A stretch of DNA of 64,000 bases from Epithemia pelagica (Eukaryota; Protista; Bacillariophyta): assembly GCA_946965045.2 (NCBI GenBank), contig OX337234.1:2790001-2854000 (forward strand), given 5' to 3'. The notes under the pieces were generated by a model. The model saw nothing but the letters and a program-made list of their open reading frames with translations. It was not told the DNA's origin and made no database searches. This document shows, piece by piece, positions 41,717 through 51,870 of the stretch (positions within the stretch are counted from its first letter, which is position 1; each line of letters begins with the position of its first letter). The translations under genes and the position numbers were made by a program.

Positions 41717-44230
41717 TCACGACGCCACGTAAAAGACATCGAGAGGATCAATAAAATCTCGCATGGCCATTTGGGCATGCGCCGATGCATCGTATTCCGT
41801 CAATTTGTCAGTGAGGGTATTAAAATCCTCCGTGACGATTCGAATCTTGTATTCTCTTGGATGGTTGTCATTCGTCGTCGACTCTGCCATAGGAGGTTGA
41901 AGTTGCACATCCAACCATCCTGCTTGGGGACTGACAAAGGTGGTCGAGGCGACATTGGTCAAGACGGTGAGTTTGGACCGTTCGTCTTGAATTGCGACAC
42001 TACTGACAAACGCCGTCCGCACGGCGGGTGGATGCAGGGTGGTATGGACATGTCGAAACAAAGCCCCTTCATGATTCCAAATGGGAACTTGCAACCTCAA
42101 CACCAGAGATTCGGTCGTCCGAGTCGATCGAATGGTCAAATCGGTAAATCCACTGTGATGCCAGATCCATCGTTCGATTCCTTGCGTAATGGTATTGGTT
42201 TGCGAAAGCGCATGACCATGACACAATTGGCCACTCTCCGTTTTCGCAGCAACAACCGGTGCCTCATCTCCCACGAGCCATGATTCCAAAAAAGGTTTGA
42301 CAATCAAGGGCAAGGAGGGATCGTTGCTTGTGCACAAGTTTCGCTCAATATGTGTATCTTGAACCGTTTGTTGCGCCGCATTCCATCCGAATGCATACCG
42401 TTTGGCAGAGGCCCATCGACAAGTTCGACATTGTGGGGACGTACGGGTAAAATTCCAGGCACGTTCCAATGCGTCGAGTTGGGTGGCATTGGTCCGCCAT
42501 TTGTGATAGGACTCCCACAGTGTCTTGTTCTTGGCCACGGTTTGAATGTATTGGGCATATTCATCCCAACTCGTACTAAACGACGAGGCATAAATGGCCG
42601 CGTGGGGTGGTAGCAGACCGTCGGCTTCCAAATTGGAGGCCCCCAAAATGGCTGGAACCGCACCCGACAAGAGGGCTTCCCAAACAATTTCCGTGACATG
42701 ATAGGATTCCATGGATTCTTCAAAGGCCAAGACAATGCGACTCCGTTTCATCAAGGCAAGACGATCCTCTTGTTTCGACAAGGACATGCCGGGTGGCACA
42801 TCCGTTGTGTGTTCGCAGGATCCATAAAAATGCACGGTATCCAAATGCGACTTGGCGGCGGCCATCCACTTTTGACGACGTGACGGTGTACCAAAGCAAG
42901 CTTCGTTCGAGACAGATGAGGCGGCATTTTCGGTCGAATCAAAGTCAAGAGCTGGTGCGTTTCGCAAATTGTACTTGTCCCAAGAAAAATCGGATAAAGG
43001 AATGGATGATTTCCATGACATGGTGGCATAATATTCGTTGCGACGATGGGCTGTCCGCTCCATGGTGACATCACGGTCGGGGGCAAACATGAGTTTCCAC
43101 GGCGTGCCCACCACGTACCGGTCTCCCGCAAGAGACAGACCGGCTTCCCATTCACAGGGAGCATCACAGGGTATAGATTCCATCTTGGTATTGGTCGATA
43201 TTGTCGGTGTCGAGGCGACCTGTATGGAAGGCTCTTTCTCATTATTACGGTCCGCATATTCCATGGGCCATAAGGACAGGTCAGGAGCTGTCGGACTTTG
43301 CTCACCAAATACTGTTGGCCACAAATGACAATCGGCATCGACCAGCATGGCAGTCTGTGGCGCCAATTCCTTTCCACAGACATATCGGACAAAGGGTGCT
43401 CCATTGTACACCACGAATCGTGTATCATTGTCATGACAGGTTGCATGCCATTCCAATCGATGCGTCCAACCCGTTGCTTTGGTGGGTGCATTGGGGTCGC
43501 CCGTTTCGGGTACCAACTGTTCGCAGGCATGCAGATTGGGGACGGAAGGTTCCAAGTGTTCCAAAACGTAGCGTTCTAAGTTGGTACAATAGTGCTGGGA
43601 ATCTTCCAAGTCCAGTAATTGGTTTCGAAACGAAGGATGAGACCGTTCCCAGGCAAAATCCGCCACATATCCCACTTTCGTCGGCCCCGAACCTAGCTTT
43701 TTCAGTACCATGTCCGTGGCCTCGTCGCGTTCGTTGTTATTGTTGTCTTCGTCCTCGTGTCCCGATAATTGTTCGTCTGGCTCGTTTTCTTGGTCATCTT
43801 CTTCTTCTTCTTCTGGCGCCGGTGGTGGCCCTCCATCTTCCTTCTCATTCTGTTCGTCATGTTGGCGTTGGGCATCTCGTTCCTCCTCCAATTCATCGTG
43901 TCCCTGGACCTTTTCCGTGAAGGAAGCTCGCTTCTCTTCCTTGCGCGGTGGTGGACGATCCTCGTGTCTGTTGCTCGGATGGATGTTGCTGTTTTGGTTC
44001 TTGTTGGGTTTTGGTTTTTGATTGGAAAACTCTTTGGAGGCATGCAAGACAGATTCCACACTGTTGCCTCCTCCGGCTGGTTTCTTGACAATGGTCGAAC
44101 TATTGTTGCTGGACAGCAAAACGATTCGTACCAGATACAGCCCCACCAAGGCTGGGAGCAGGATCATGCGAGCCGTTGCCAGCATGGAGCCGTTCGCACT
44201 GCGTCGTGGTTTGCGACGAATGGCCACCAT
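41717..44230 (-). CDS. GT10 alpha-1,3-fucosyltransferase-like type II membrane protein
   Basis: N-terminal TM segment and acidic stem; VSNEAC...R, VHFYGSC, IVLAFEES...VTEIVWEALLSGAVPAILG (alpha-1,3 motif, degenerate). Confidence 0.8.
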   Translation of the reverse strand: MVAIRRKPRRSANGSMLATARMILLPALVGLYLVRIVLLSSNNSSTIVKKPAGGGNSVESVLHASKEFSNQKPKPNKNQNSNIHPSNRHEDRPPPRKEEKRASFTEKVQGHDELEEERDAQRQHDEQNEKEDGGPPPAPEEEEEDDQENEPDEQLSGHEDEDNNNNERDEATDMVLKKLGSGPTKVGYVADFAWERSHPSFRNQLLDLEDSQHYCTNLERYVLEHLEPSVPNLHACEQLVPETGDPNAPTKATGWTHRLEWHATCHDNDTRFVVYNGAPFVRYVCGKELAPQTAMLVDADCHLWPTVFGEQSPTAPDLSLWPMEYADRNNEKEPSIQVASTPTISTNTKMESIPCDAPCEWEAGLSLAGDRYVVGTPWKLMFAPDRDVTMERTAHRRNEYYATMSWKSSIPLSDFSWDKYNLRNAPALDFDSTENAASSVSNEACFGTPSRRQKWMAAAKSHLDTVHFYGSCEHTTDVPPGMSLSKQEDRLALMKRSRIVLAFEESMESYHVTEIVWEALLSGAVPAILGASNLEADGLLPPHAAIYASSFSTSWDEYAQYIQTVAKNKTLWESYHKWRTNATQLDALERAWNFTRTSPQCRTCRWASAKRYAFGWNAAQQTVQDTHIERNLCTSNDPSLPLIVKPFLESWLVGDEAPVVAAKTESGQLCHGHALSQTNTITQGIERWIWHHSGFTDLTIRSTRTTESLVLRLQVPIWNHEGALFRHVHTTLHPPAVRTAFVSSVAIQDERSKLTVLTNVASTTFVSPQAGWLDVQLQPPMAESTTNDNHPREYKIRIVTEDFNTLTDKLTEYDASAHAQMAMRDFIDPLDVFYVAS

Positions 44231-44808
44231 GAGATAAGTATACTGTTGTGATGGATGATGATAAATAATTAAGGAGCAACCCAAGGATGCCACTTTGTTC
44301 CGTGGGCACACAAGAAGGGGTTTTCAATGTATGACAAGATGTTCTCGATGGTGTGTGGACAATCTTTGGTCGTTTGTCGTCGTCCTTCGTTGTTGTTGTC
44401 TCTCGTCTCTCGTCGAAAAGACTGTGCGGTTGAAAACCGTCACAAGTGACCCATCAGAGTCACACAACCTCGTCCAAACATCCGGGTTTTCAATGACCAT
44501 TGAAAATACCTGGTAAACTCTCTTGCAAAGCAATGAAGACTGTATGGATCTAATCGACTATATATCTCGAACAGGGTAACCACCAAAGCAGCCTACTGCA
44601 ACCGTTATCTTGTGACACCGAATAAGATCATGGAAAAGCTTTACGCATTACCGATCAGCATGGCATCACCGTTTCCTTCGGTAGCTCCCTCTAGTTTTGA
44701 AATAATCGACAAGTACCCTCGATCAACATCATGTTCCTTGATTGGATCCGTGTAGTCTCCCATTACAGTTTCTATAACATCCCTATAGTCTACGTTCCTC
44801 GTTCTGTT

Positions 44809-47800
44809 TTATCGAAACGATTTGCGAAAGTCATCGACTTTTTGTCGCATTTGACTCAGATCTGATGTGACGGCTTGCACCCGTTCCGTCACGAGCGAGG
44901 CGGAGGAGACACCTCGTGTGGCACCCTTGAGGGCCTTGGCGGGATCCAAGCCAAACTTTTCCAAAAAGACGACTTGTTCCGGACGTTTCATACCCTTGAG
45001 ATTCATCACGACTTGGAGTTCCGCCGCCGTACCACCACTGACACTCTTGAAATTGTCAATCAACAACTCCACTGGAGTGGCGACCAATTTCAACAAGGTT
45101 TCAATCTTGCCAAATTGCTTTTGGACCAATTTGGTATACATGGCAGGAGCAATAGAGCTTCCACGCTTCTTGTTGCTCAACGAAGAAGTAGAAGACAAGG
45201 AGGATTCTTCCAAGACGGGCAACTTGAGAAAGAGCGTCTTGAGATTGTACAAATCCAGCAACAATTGCTGAGTGCCCGGCTCACTAATTCGCTTGAGACG
45301 AATGACCGAATCGTAAAATAGCGTTCCAAAGGCGGCGGCAAACTTGTCGCAAAAGGTACGAAAGTAGGAGGGTGGCAACAAGGATTTGGCGGTACTGCAA
45401 AAGGGTCCCACTTCTTGATGAATGATGCGAACATAGGGCGATTCTTCTCCAACGGATTCCCATTGTTCCCATTTGGTAGCCAACATTTGCTTCAAAGCTA
45501 CATCTTGGGTCCGATGAATCAATCCCGAAACCAAGACCCGAATCGACTTGGCCGTCAAATCGTGAAAGCCTTCTTGTTCGGCTGTCATGTTGACTCTGGA
45601 GCGATACGAGGCTGGCTTTTTGTTGACCAATATCTTTTTGGTATCGTCCATGGTATCGACAATCAATTCTTCCAAGGCTTCGACCGTTTCGGCACAATAT
45701 TCACAGGTCGAAATGACATGACAAATAATCACTTCCTCACCGGGTGGAATTTTGAAACTTTCCAATGTGGATCCATCCGGGGACGAGGACGACGACGAGG
45801 CCCCCGAGGACGACAAGGAGGTTCCCGTTCCACTGGCCCCACTGGCCAGACTGGTGGCAGTCGTTGCCGCCGATTTGCCCAAGCCCGCAATGGTAATTCC
45901 GGCCATGGAACTGGTGGTCAAGGCCGTAATGGGTTTGGGCAATTTGCCATCCAAAATGGAGGCATATTTCCGCAACGCATTGGAAAAGGCTTGGTAGAGT
46001 TGAAAAAAGGGTTTGCCCTTGGTCAAGGCCGTACAACGAGTAATACTGCCCTTGATGTAGACAAACAAATTGGTACTGGAAATAAAGACGGGTAGGGCAC
46101 CTCGATTGTCCACCGTTTGATCCTCCAACGCCTGTGCCAATTGTTCACTCAAGGATTGTTCTTCCAAGGCAATATAGGGTGCCATGTAATTGTCAAAGAC
46201 CACTGATGCCACACCCATGAGAGGTTCTACAGCATTTGTCGCCGACCCATCTTCTTTGTTAGTATTGCCTTGACCCGAGGATTCGTCGCCTCCCGAGGGT
46301 GCAGCGCTGGGTTTGTCGGATTTGTTTTTGGTGTTGGAGGGAGCAAATTCTGTCTGACATTCTCGTACGAGCCAACCCGTAATTTCTTTTTCAAAGACGA
46401 GCGTTTTTTGCAATGCCTTGAGAAGGACCGAGGCTTGAATGGTTGAAGTGTTGTTGTTGTTGTTGGCCGCTCCCCGCGGCGGAGCCGCAGTACTACTCGA
46501 GCTGGCACTGCGCAACAAGTACAAGAAATGATCGTGCGTGACGCGCAAAAAGGATCGTGCCAAGGTCGTTTGCACTTGCCAATTGGTAGGGAAAATGGGT
46601 CCAAAGACGGGATGCAATTCATCTTCCAACACTTGTCGAAACCACAAGAATCGATGTTCGACGGCATCCAATCCCGTCGATTTGGGAGTGGAATCGGCAG
46701 TCGTAGTACTGTCCTTATTGTCGGTCGTTGTTGTCGTGGTGGTGGTTCCGTCGGACGAGTCGGGACTGGGTTCCGTGGTGGCCGGTGGTGCTTGTTTAAA
46801 ACTGGAAATGCGTTTTTGCGGTGGCGGTGCTGGTTCGGACGAGGCTGCTGCTGCCGTGGTGGACTCTCGCGGATTAAACTCCCGCGTATAGGGTCGTAAC
46901 AATTCACGACAAAATTGACGAATAAAGTCTTGACGAATCGATACACCCAAGGCATCGAGATACAAGACACCACCCTGCAATTGTTCCACCGTCCACGAGT
47001 CTGTCATGGTCGTCGTCGTCGTGGTGACGACGGACAATTGAGGTTCCTCCGCCTCGTGGCGAGTCAAAGTGTTGTTATTCGTAGAAGAAGAAGTGGCGGG
47101 CATGCTACTGCTCCGTTGAATCCGATGCGGTGGTACGGCTTTCTTGTTGTGTGATGGCTGTTTTTGTTTTTGTTGTTGTTGCTTTTGCTCTTGTTCCTGG
47201 TATTCCTCCAGGACTTTTTGGGCCTGTTCGGGTCCCAAGGCCTTGTAGCGAAAGCCTTGGACGACTTGATGCAACAATTCTTGTTCCAAGACATGAACGG
47301 TCCAGGCCAATTTTTGCAAGGGTGGTACCTTGGCTTGATAAATATCAAAATGACGACTCAAAATCCGAATCGCCTGGACCAATTGACTGGCCGTTTGAAA
47401 GCAGTCGGTCGAGGACGACGACCCTGTTTTGGAAGAGGAGGCGGCCGCCAAGGCCAAGAGTCGCAATTCTTCCACCGCATGCACGAGCATGTGCAATCGT
47501 TTCAACGTGGTAATGGTGCGTTGCAAATGACGTTTGCTGGTATCGAGTAATTTCATATCGGCCGTGATGTGCAAGACGGCTTGTTCGGATTGGGCCGCCT
47601 TGTCACGGACCAAGGCAATCCGCTCAACCAAGGTTTGAACGGCAGCCTTGGCTGCTTGAATCGACGCTCGAGCTTGGGGGGCACATTCCGATTGTCGCGT
47701 CAGGGCCCCATTCATGCGATCTTCCAAGCGATCCATGCGGGCCGTCACCGCCTCTCGTAACAAGGGTAAGGAATGGGTCAAACTCGCTTCGGTTTGATAC

Positions 47801-48156
47801 TGTTGATTCAAAAATTGTACTGGATCCAACGTGGTGCTCGTGTTTGTGGTGGTGCTACTACTACCAGCCGCAGCAGCTGGGGAGGGACGAAGTCGATGGG
47901 CGTTGCGAGCCCGATCGTACGAATCCAACAAGGCTTGGGGATCCAACCAATTGGTAGTGGTGGTGGTGGTGGTGGATGCAGCAGAAGGAGTGGCAGATAA
48001 TGGTGTGGAGGAAGTTGCCGCCGCATTGCTGGAAGATGGTGGTGGTGGTGGAGGCAATGAGACACTGGTGGCGGTGGGCAATGCGGCCGAGGCCGTTGCG
48101 GCACGTGTATGCAGATTGTTGCGTGGGGGGACGCCACTCGTTTGCGAGGATGCCAT
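44809..48156 (-). CDS. VPS53: GARP complex subunit VPS53
   Basis: LDPVQFLNQQY, ITADMKLLDTSKRHLQRTITTLKRLHMLV, HRFLWFRQ, ISTCEYCAET, ESVGEESPYV, GTQQLLLDLYNLK. Confidence 0.93.
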   Translation of the reverse strand: MASSQTSGVPPRNNLHTRAATASAALPTATSVSLPPPPPPSSSNAAATSSTPLSATPSAASTTTTTTTNWLDPQALLDSYDRARNAHRLRPSPAAAAGSSSTTTNTSTTLDPVQFLNQQYQTEASLTHSLPLLREAVTARMDRLEDRMNGALTRQSECAPQARASIQAAKAAVQTLVERIALVRDKAAQSEQAVLHITADMKLLDTSKRHLQRTITTLKRLHMLVHAVEELRLLALAAASSSKTGSSSSTDCFQTASQLVQAIRILSRHFDIYQAKVPPLQKLAWTVHVLEQELLHQVVQGFRYKALGPEQAQKVLEEYQEQEQKQQQQKQKQPSHNKKAVPPHRIQRSSSMPATSSSTNNNTLTRHEAEEPQLSVVTTTTTTMTDSWTVEQLQGGVLYLDALGVSIRQDFIRQFCRELLRPYTREFNPRESTTAAAASSEPAPPPQKRISSFKQAPPATTEPSPDSSDGTTTTTTTTDNKDSTTTADSTPKSTGLDAVEHRFLWFRQVLEDELHPVFGPIFPTNWQVQTTLARSFLRVTHDHFLYLLRSASSSSTAAPPRGAANNNNNTSTIQASVLLKALQKTLVFEKEITGWLVRECQTEFAPSNTKNKSDKPSAAPSGGDESSGQGNTNKEDGSATNAVEPLMGVASVVFDNYMAPYIALEEQSLSEQLAQALEDQTVDNRGALPVFISSTNLFVYIKGSITRCTALTKGKPFFQLYQAFSNALRKYASILDGKLPKPITALTTSSMAGITIAGLGKSAATTATSLASGASGTGTSLSSSGASSSSSSPDGSTLESFKIPPGEEVIICHVISTCEYCAETVEALEELIVDTMDDTKKILVNKKPASYRSRVNMTAEQEGFHDLTAKSIRVLVSGLIHRTQDVALKQMLATKWEQWESVGEESPYVRIIHQEVGPFCSTAKSLLPPSYFRTFCDKFAAAFGTLFYDSVIRLKRISEPGTQQLLLDLYNLKTLFLKLPVLEESSLSSTSSLSNKKRGSSIAPAMYTKLVQKQFGKIETLLKLVATPVELLIDNFKSVSGGTAAELQVVMNLKGMKRPEQVVFLEKFGLDPAKALKGATRGVSSASLVTERVQAVTSDLSQMRQKVDDFRKSFR

Positions 48157-48364
48157 GATGAGAATGCGCAATTTCGTTTCGAGACACTGGTAGGTAGTAG
48201 AGAGAGAACGAGATGAAAAGCAAGCAACAAACTGCCAGGAGAGATTCCCCGATTGCAGTCGAGAGGGATGCCTTGCACAGCGTGTGGCGCCCGAAGGCGC
48301 CCGAGACGAACACCCCAGTCAGGCTCCAGCTACCGTGCCGACAACGGACGACACTAATAAGTTG

Positions 48365-48470
48365 TTGTGGATACTACCAGAAACACTCCAGCTACAGTGC
48401 CACCTCCAGGCGTCCTATCAGTTTGTGGATACTACCAGAAACACTCCAGCTACAGTGCCACCTCCAGGCG
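48365..48470 (+). repeat. Direct repeat, 48-bp unit x2 with 58-bp period
   Basis: TTGTGGATACTACCAGAAACACTCCAGCTACAGTGCCACCTCCAGGCG at 48365 and 48423. Confidence 0.9.
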
Positions 48471-48610
48471 CCATAAGAGCGACCAAGGAGCGGCTACCAC
48501 CTTTGATGGCAACCCCGTCACAAAAAAAGATCCAAGAGATCTGTCCATTGTCGAAAGAAGAAATCACACCATTACAGAGAAATGAGGACCACAACTACAA
48601 GACACCTACA

Positions 48611-51495
48611 ATGACGAGTTCTCGCAAGGAAGAAGAAGTGTATTTGGCTGGCTATTCCGATCGTTTGTCGGCTTGTCCCGGGGAAACGGTACAATTTCAC
48701 GTGTCGTGTCATGCCCCCTCGACACAACATGTACAAGCATGCTTGACGCACAGCATTTGTGCCGATCCCAATCCAAATGGACCAGGCATGCATGAACAAG
48801 ATGTCAGTGCCTGGTTTTCCCCCATGTCCTTTCCGTCCCGTCGACAGGGCTGGAAACGAGGATCCTGGGCCCAATCGTCTCATCCCATTTCCCTCCTGCC
48901 AACCACAACATCCGAAAACCGACAAATTGAAATGGAGATTTGGAGTTTCCCACCCTCTTGGCATTCTCTTCTTCGTCTTCGTCGTCCTCCTTTCCCTTGA
49001 CCTCTCATGGCGGCCTCCAATTCATGTGTTCGTGGGGACCCATGCACTTGGTCATGACTCCCCAAGGAACGGTCCAAGTGTTGGTGGTATCCCCAGAACC
49101 CACAACTCCAACAGTCCAAACGGATCAAGAGGATGACGGCAAAGATACTGAGTACGAGGAGGACCAGGACGTGAAACAGTACCCAATCGTGTTGGTATCC
49201 AGTCGCAAACGATTGCTCGTGCACCACTGGTACAAGTGTACCGTTCGATTGGTTTGGATCCCATGCACCACCACCACCCGCACCACGGAATCGGACAAGG
49301 ACTGTATCCAAGTTACCTTGACCGTGGCAACCCAATCCAAAACGTACACGTCTTTTCGGGCCACAAACGATTCTGGCGCCCAACCACCGGTACCCACGGT
49401 TCAACCATGGCAGGAACTTCAAGTCACCCTCTCGTCGTTCACGGCGGCCGATCGATTGCACGCTGCCTTTGGCTCCACCACCAACGATACAGACACTACA
49501 ACAACAACAACACCAAAGGGTCACGATTTTTTCTTGTCCACCTTTGGTACCTGGAATGGCAAATTGGAAGCTCCCCGACTCGTCGTGGTCGTCCAGGAAT
49601 AACAACAAGAAGAAATTGCCTGGAACTTGTCGGACGACATGACACAATGGACCATTCCTCCCAGCAGCAGCGAGTCGACCGTGTCGTCATTGGCTCGACG
49701 AAACAACAACCGGAACCAGTTTCCTCCTCCTCCTCCCTCCTTGATTTTGTACAATGCTCCAACCCGGGCAGTGACGGGTCGGTTGTGGAATGGCCAGGTG
49801 ATGGATTGGAAGCAAAATCCTGTACACTATGGTGCCATTTATTTTCATTCGTCCGATGTCTACAATTTTGACTGGCACGTTGACTTTGCCTGGACCATTC
49901 CTCCCACTTGTCCGTCGGGAATTTATCTCATGCGCATTCAAGTACCCAAACCACCACCACCACAACAAGTGGACACTAAAGACCAAGAAAGCAAGAATGA
50001 CGACCACGAGGAGGAGGAGTTTTATTTCGACGCCATGCCCATTTTTGTAACGGCTCCACCCCTCTCCTCTACCACCAAACAACAAGTCGAGCGCCGAAAC
50101 AAGGTGTGTCTCTTGATTTCCACCTTTACCTACATTGTCTACGGCAATCATGCCCGGCCCGATTTCCATCCCTCGTGGCTGCGACGCATTGCCGACTGGA
50201 AGGCCTATCCGTACAATCCAGCAGTCTATCCTGCCTATGGCTGGTCCACCTACAATTATCATGCCGATGGGACAGCCGGGATATGTCATGCCTCGCACAA
50301 ACGACCCTTGTTTAATCTTCGACCGGGATATTCCACCTTTGGGACATGCACCTGTTCGGGGTTGCGTCATTTTCCCGCCGATTCCCACTTGACGGCTTGG
50401 TTCCAGCACCATTCCATTCCCTTTGACGTGGTGACGGATCATGAATTGGACCGATATGGTGTCGACGCCTTGCGGGGCTACGAGTGTCTCGTGACGGGCA
50501 CGCATCCCGAATATCATACGCAAGCCATGTTGAATGCCTTGTACACGTACCGAGACGTGCATAGAGGCAATTTTGGCCTATCTGGGGGGCAATGGCTTTT
50601 ATTGGAAAGTGGTTCGACATACGGAACAAGACGATTTGTTGGAAATTCGACGAGCCGAAGGAGGAATCAGAGCTTGGGCCGCTGAACCAGGAGAATATTA
50701 CATTGGCTTTGATGGCACCTATGGAGGCTTGTGGCGTCGATGTGGACAACCTCCCCAACACTTGGTCGGTGTGGGATTTACTGCACAAGGAACCTTTACC
50801 TCCCTTCCCTACCAACGCGTGCCATTACCATCCTCTGTATCGAAGTCCTTGGCCTGGCTCTTTCAAGGCATTCCTCATGACGAACAAATCTTGGGAGACT
50901 TTGGTTACTCGGGCCATGGAGCAGCTGGATTTGAATTGGATCGGGTGGATCCCCGAGAGTTGGAACGACAATACGCCTCCTCCTCCTCCCACCCCGACCA
51001 TGACAGCCACGACGAAAACGAAGAAGGGCACATTGTCATTGTCGCTCATTCGATTCAAGATACTGGAGATCCACCCAAATTTGTCTTGGTCCCCGAAGAA
51101 GTCTTGACCCATATCACCATTTTGTCGGGCGGAACGACGATCCAAGCCAAGCGTGCCGACATGGTGTATTGGAAACCAACGGCAACCAGTGGTCAGGTCT
51201 TTTCGACGGGATCCATTTGCTTCTATGGATCCTTACCCTGGAACAAGTTTGACAATTCCATATCCACCTGTACGTTGTTGTCGAGTGTGACTGACATGTG
51301 TGTTTGTTCTGGTCGAGAATCTTGTTGCTGTGCTCTATGCCCCTCCTGTTCGCATACCAGTACACTGATGCATCTCATTTTTGAGTCTTTTTTGGTGTTG
51401 TTTGTTGTTGTCGTTGTGATAAACAAAAAATGATGGTCGGACATGCAGTACTTGGAAACGTGATCCGAAAGTTCACCGAGCACCGTAGTGACTGA
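48611..51495 (+). pseudogene. N,N-dimethylformamidase large (beta) subunit-like gene, disrupted in this sequence; one intron (51270-51448)
   Basis: LAGYSDRLSACPGETVQFHVS, GAIYFHSSD, TFTYIVYGNH, STYNYHADG, TGTHPEYHT, YLGGNGFYWK, EIRRAEGG, GFELDR, QVFSTGSI...NSIST|LLGNVIRKF. Lesions: 1-bp loss at 48949-48951, TAA at 49600-49602, 1-bp gain at 50571-50574. Confidence 0.88.
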
Positions 51496-51870
51496 TCCAA
51501 TGAGCAGCATTTAAAGTTCCCGTCGAGCATAGAGACAAAAAGAAAACAGAATAGACGACACAAAAGATCTATAACTCCGCATTCGCTGGTTCTTGGACTG
51601 CATTGTTGATATATTGGAGTTAGGGACACATTCTAACTAAGAGTATTCCTTGAGCCTAGCAACTAGCTAGCATTGCTAGCTGGAAAGACTTTATGTCTAA
51701 GCGTTTAATGTGGATATTTCACTGAATCCTATCTGTTAATAAAGTCCTGAACGCTGAAGATTGGTATCTTTCCTGTTCCGAGTCAGTGCCGCCAATAGAA
51801 TTAATCACGACTTTTTCATTGCTGCCACACTGCTTTTGGATACGGCAATTCCACAAGCAACCAAGTTGAA

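Noticed and set aside
27764-48156. RME-8, VPS53 and a Golgi GT10 as a functional trafficking cluster
   Set aside because: Housekeeping genes in mixed orientation with unrelated DPH6 between them; chance adjacency is sufficient.
48284-48610. N-terminal extension of the DMFase-like ORF, or a DMFase small subunit
   Set aside because: It starts at a non-ATG codon, runs through the 58-bp repeat and shows no small-subunit similarity. An ATG near 48506 remains a possible alternative start.
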